The notes below the pieces were generated by a model. The model saw nothing but the letters and a program-made list of their open reading frames with translations, made no database searches and was not told the DNA's origin. Positions 63,748 through 64,000 of a stretch of DNA of 64,000 nt are shown piece by piece. The stretch spans positions 1,691 through 65,690 of the forward strand of contig CAZDVZ010000004.1 in NCBI GenBank assembly GCA_964509125.1, in the 5' to 3' direction. Position numbers and translations under genes: made by a program. This DNA is from an uncultured Oscillospiraceae bacterium. Its GTDB lineage: Bacteria; Bacillota; Clostridia; Oscillospirales; CAG-382. Each line of letters begins with the position of its first letter. The first letter of the stretch is position 1.

Positions 63748-64000
63748 TTGTTAAAAGAAACAGAATACGCCTGTAACTTTAAAACATCGGCACGTAAACT
63801 GAACAGAATTAAAATTAATGATCTTTTAAGTAATGCAAACGAAGCTAATGAAGAGAAAATATTTTCAAGTATACCAAAATTCAGAACCGATTTGAAAGCT
63901 CCGGATATAAGCTCTGCAGAATCCCGAATTGACGAAGATGATTCGATCTGCATACTTAAAACCACGCTGGAATCGTTAGTGAAAGAGGACAAAGAACTTG
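63748..64000 (+). CDS. 5' part of an unassigned protein-coding gene running off the right edge
   Basis: TTG 63748 lies 9 nt after AGGAGG (63733-63738). The frame is open for all 84 codons to the window end (LLKETEYACNFKTSARKLNRIKINDLL...). The antisense 63744..63992 ORF in the track is judged to be its shadow. Confidence 0.45.
   Translation, partial: MLKETEYACNFKTSARKLNRIKINDLLSNANEANEEKIFSSIPKFRTDLKAPDISSAESRIDEDDSICILKTTLESLVKEDKEL

Noticed and set aside
1-64000. Whole-window scan for CRISPR arrays, tRNA/rRNA genes, IS elements, integrases, toxin-antitoxin pairs and defence-island signatures
   Set aside because: There are no spaced direct-repeat arrays. Apart from 10128-10453, the intergenic gaps are short and largely accounted for by promoters, leaders and terminators, and I saw no cloverleaf-like or rRNA-like sequence in any of them. 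No ORF shows transposase, recombinase, nuclease-helicase or defence motifs. The window is almost entirely housekeeping and sporulation genes.

Overview
This is an AT-rich, very gene-dense core chromosome segment. It looks like an endospore-forming Firmicute of the Clostridia type, based on spoIIID, a SpoIIQ-like M23 protein, DUF2953/DUF421/DUF4363-type genes, and a dockerin-bearing secreted protease. I count about 63 protein-coding genes and see no rRNA, tRNA, CRISPR array, transposase, integrase or prophage.

Gene order, left to right:
- Eis-like GNAT, DD-carboxypeptidase.
- Minus strand: proB-coaD-rsmD-uvrC-ptsH.
- Minus strand: two small membrane-anchored paralogs plus a 578-aa polytopic membrane protein, then trmD, rimM, KH protein, rpsP, ffh, ylxM.
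- PflX-like radical SAM.
- Minus strand: cimA-leuA, tyrS, lipase-like gene, spoIIID, spoIIQ-like gene, SLT transglycosylase, coaE, tsaC.
- Plus strand: metA-nadABC, phoH-ybeY-era-recO-mutS2-tcdA, orphan ACP, nagA and an atypical sugar kinase, miaA, HlyD-like gene, yggS-sepF-yggT-divIVA-lspA-rluD.
- Plus strand: split transketolase, nif3, gpmI, M50 protease, scpAB, DUF2953-like gene, pcrA, DUF1015, valS-thiI, C1 protease with dockerin, rarA, deoB.
- DUF4363/DUF421 on the minus strand, then rlmB and a partial ORF.

I do not see a compact, clearly novel multi-gene system such as a defence island. The best candidates for something undescribed are:
1. A 326-nt structured, inverted-repeat-bounded non-coding insert that splits rimM and trmD.
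2. A membrane-protein trio occupying the position where rplS normally sits.
3. A dockerin-bearing papain-like protease translationally coupled inside the valS-thiI-rarA operon.
4. A duplicated palindromic site in front of an orphan ACP-nagA-atypical kinase cluster.
5. Three terminator hairpins that directly abut the next gene.

All functional calls come from motif recognition by eye. No database search was run.
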